From contig JAFRTJ010000052.1 of assembly GCA_017427185.1 (NCBI GenBank), forward strand, positions 43,820 to 107,819: a stretch of 64,000 bases of DNA, read 5' to 3'. The position numbers and the translations under genes were made by a program. Below are positions 63,981 through 64,000 of this stretch, piece by piece. Numbering within the stretch: position 1 is the first letter of the stretch; the number at the start of each line of letters is the position of its first letter. Source of the stretch: Bacteroidaceae bacterium. Lineage in GTDB: Bacteria > Bacteroidota > Bacteroidia > Bacteroidales > Bacteroidaceae. The notes beneath the pieces are model-generated. The model was not told the origin of the DNA, ran no database searches, and was given only the letters and a program-made list of their open reading frames with translations.

Positions 63981-64000
63981 CGGAAAATATAAGACTGAAC

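Noticed and set aside
1-64000. Search for mobile elements, prophage, restriction-modification, toxin-antitoxin or other defence genes
   Set aside because: No integrase, transposase, recombinase, phage structural, methyltransferase/nuclease or typical toxin-antitoxin motifs were seen in any frame. The composition mosaic at 50-62 kb lacks flanking mobility genes within the window.

Overview
This window is a chromosomal segment from a Bacteroidota genome that looks like Prevotella/Segatella. The evidence for that is TAnnTTTG -7 promoter boxes, a UpxY-type NusG paralog, T9SS-associated proteins, and GH92/GH20/NamZ-type glycan enzymes. All calls come from reading the sequence and the ORF track by hand; no searches were run, so family names are motif-level inferences.

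Layout:
- 1-4.1 kb: arginine cluster on the minus strand (argD partial, argC, argG, GNAT, argR).
- 4.1-4.4 kb: tRNA-Phe and tRNA-Pro.
- 4.4-20 kb: housekeeping and envelope genes (UpxY, GT2, radC, SufT-like, lpxH, ackA-pta, cdaA-folP, murF, WbaP-like, zapA, rny, YihY). An RNase P RNA gene (rnpB) is hidden under a spurious ORF and under the over-extended YihY ORF.
- 20-33 kb: htrA; a compact HprK-like kinase / S24-type peptidase / PqqD-like cassette; AmpG plus a DUF1460 amidase-like gene; small lipoproteins.
- 33-62 kb: a GC3-rich half holding glpK-glpF, a minus-strand run of glycan hydrolase genes (GH38/57-like, GH106-like, GH43-like, NamZ) flanked by plus-strand GH20 (36.9 kb) and GH92 (52.6 kb), an Fe-S/aldo-keto reductase pair and a GDPD.
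- 62-64 kb: dnaX.

No transposase, integrase, CRISPR array or recognisable defence genes were seen.

Most unusual content:
1. The kinase/peptidase/PqqD cassette, which has no visible precursor peptide or core enzyme.
2. Several intergenic repeat families: 22-bp phased CAACGTGTTG arrays at two loci, a 42-70 nt element present three times (including a 129-bp tandem duplication), A-rich octamer modules oriented with the downstream gene, and inverted heptamer arrays.
3. A duplicated orphan promoter module pointing into one of those repeat fields.
4. A sharply bounded island of extreme C-ending codon usage at about 50.9-54.7 kb.

RNA ends and motif coordinates are accurate to about +/-5 nt.
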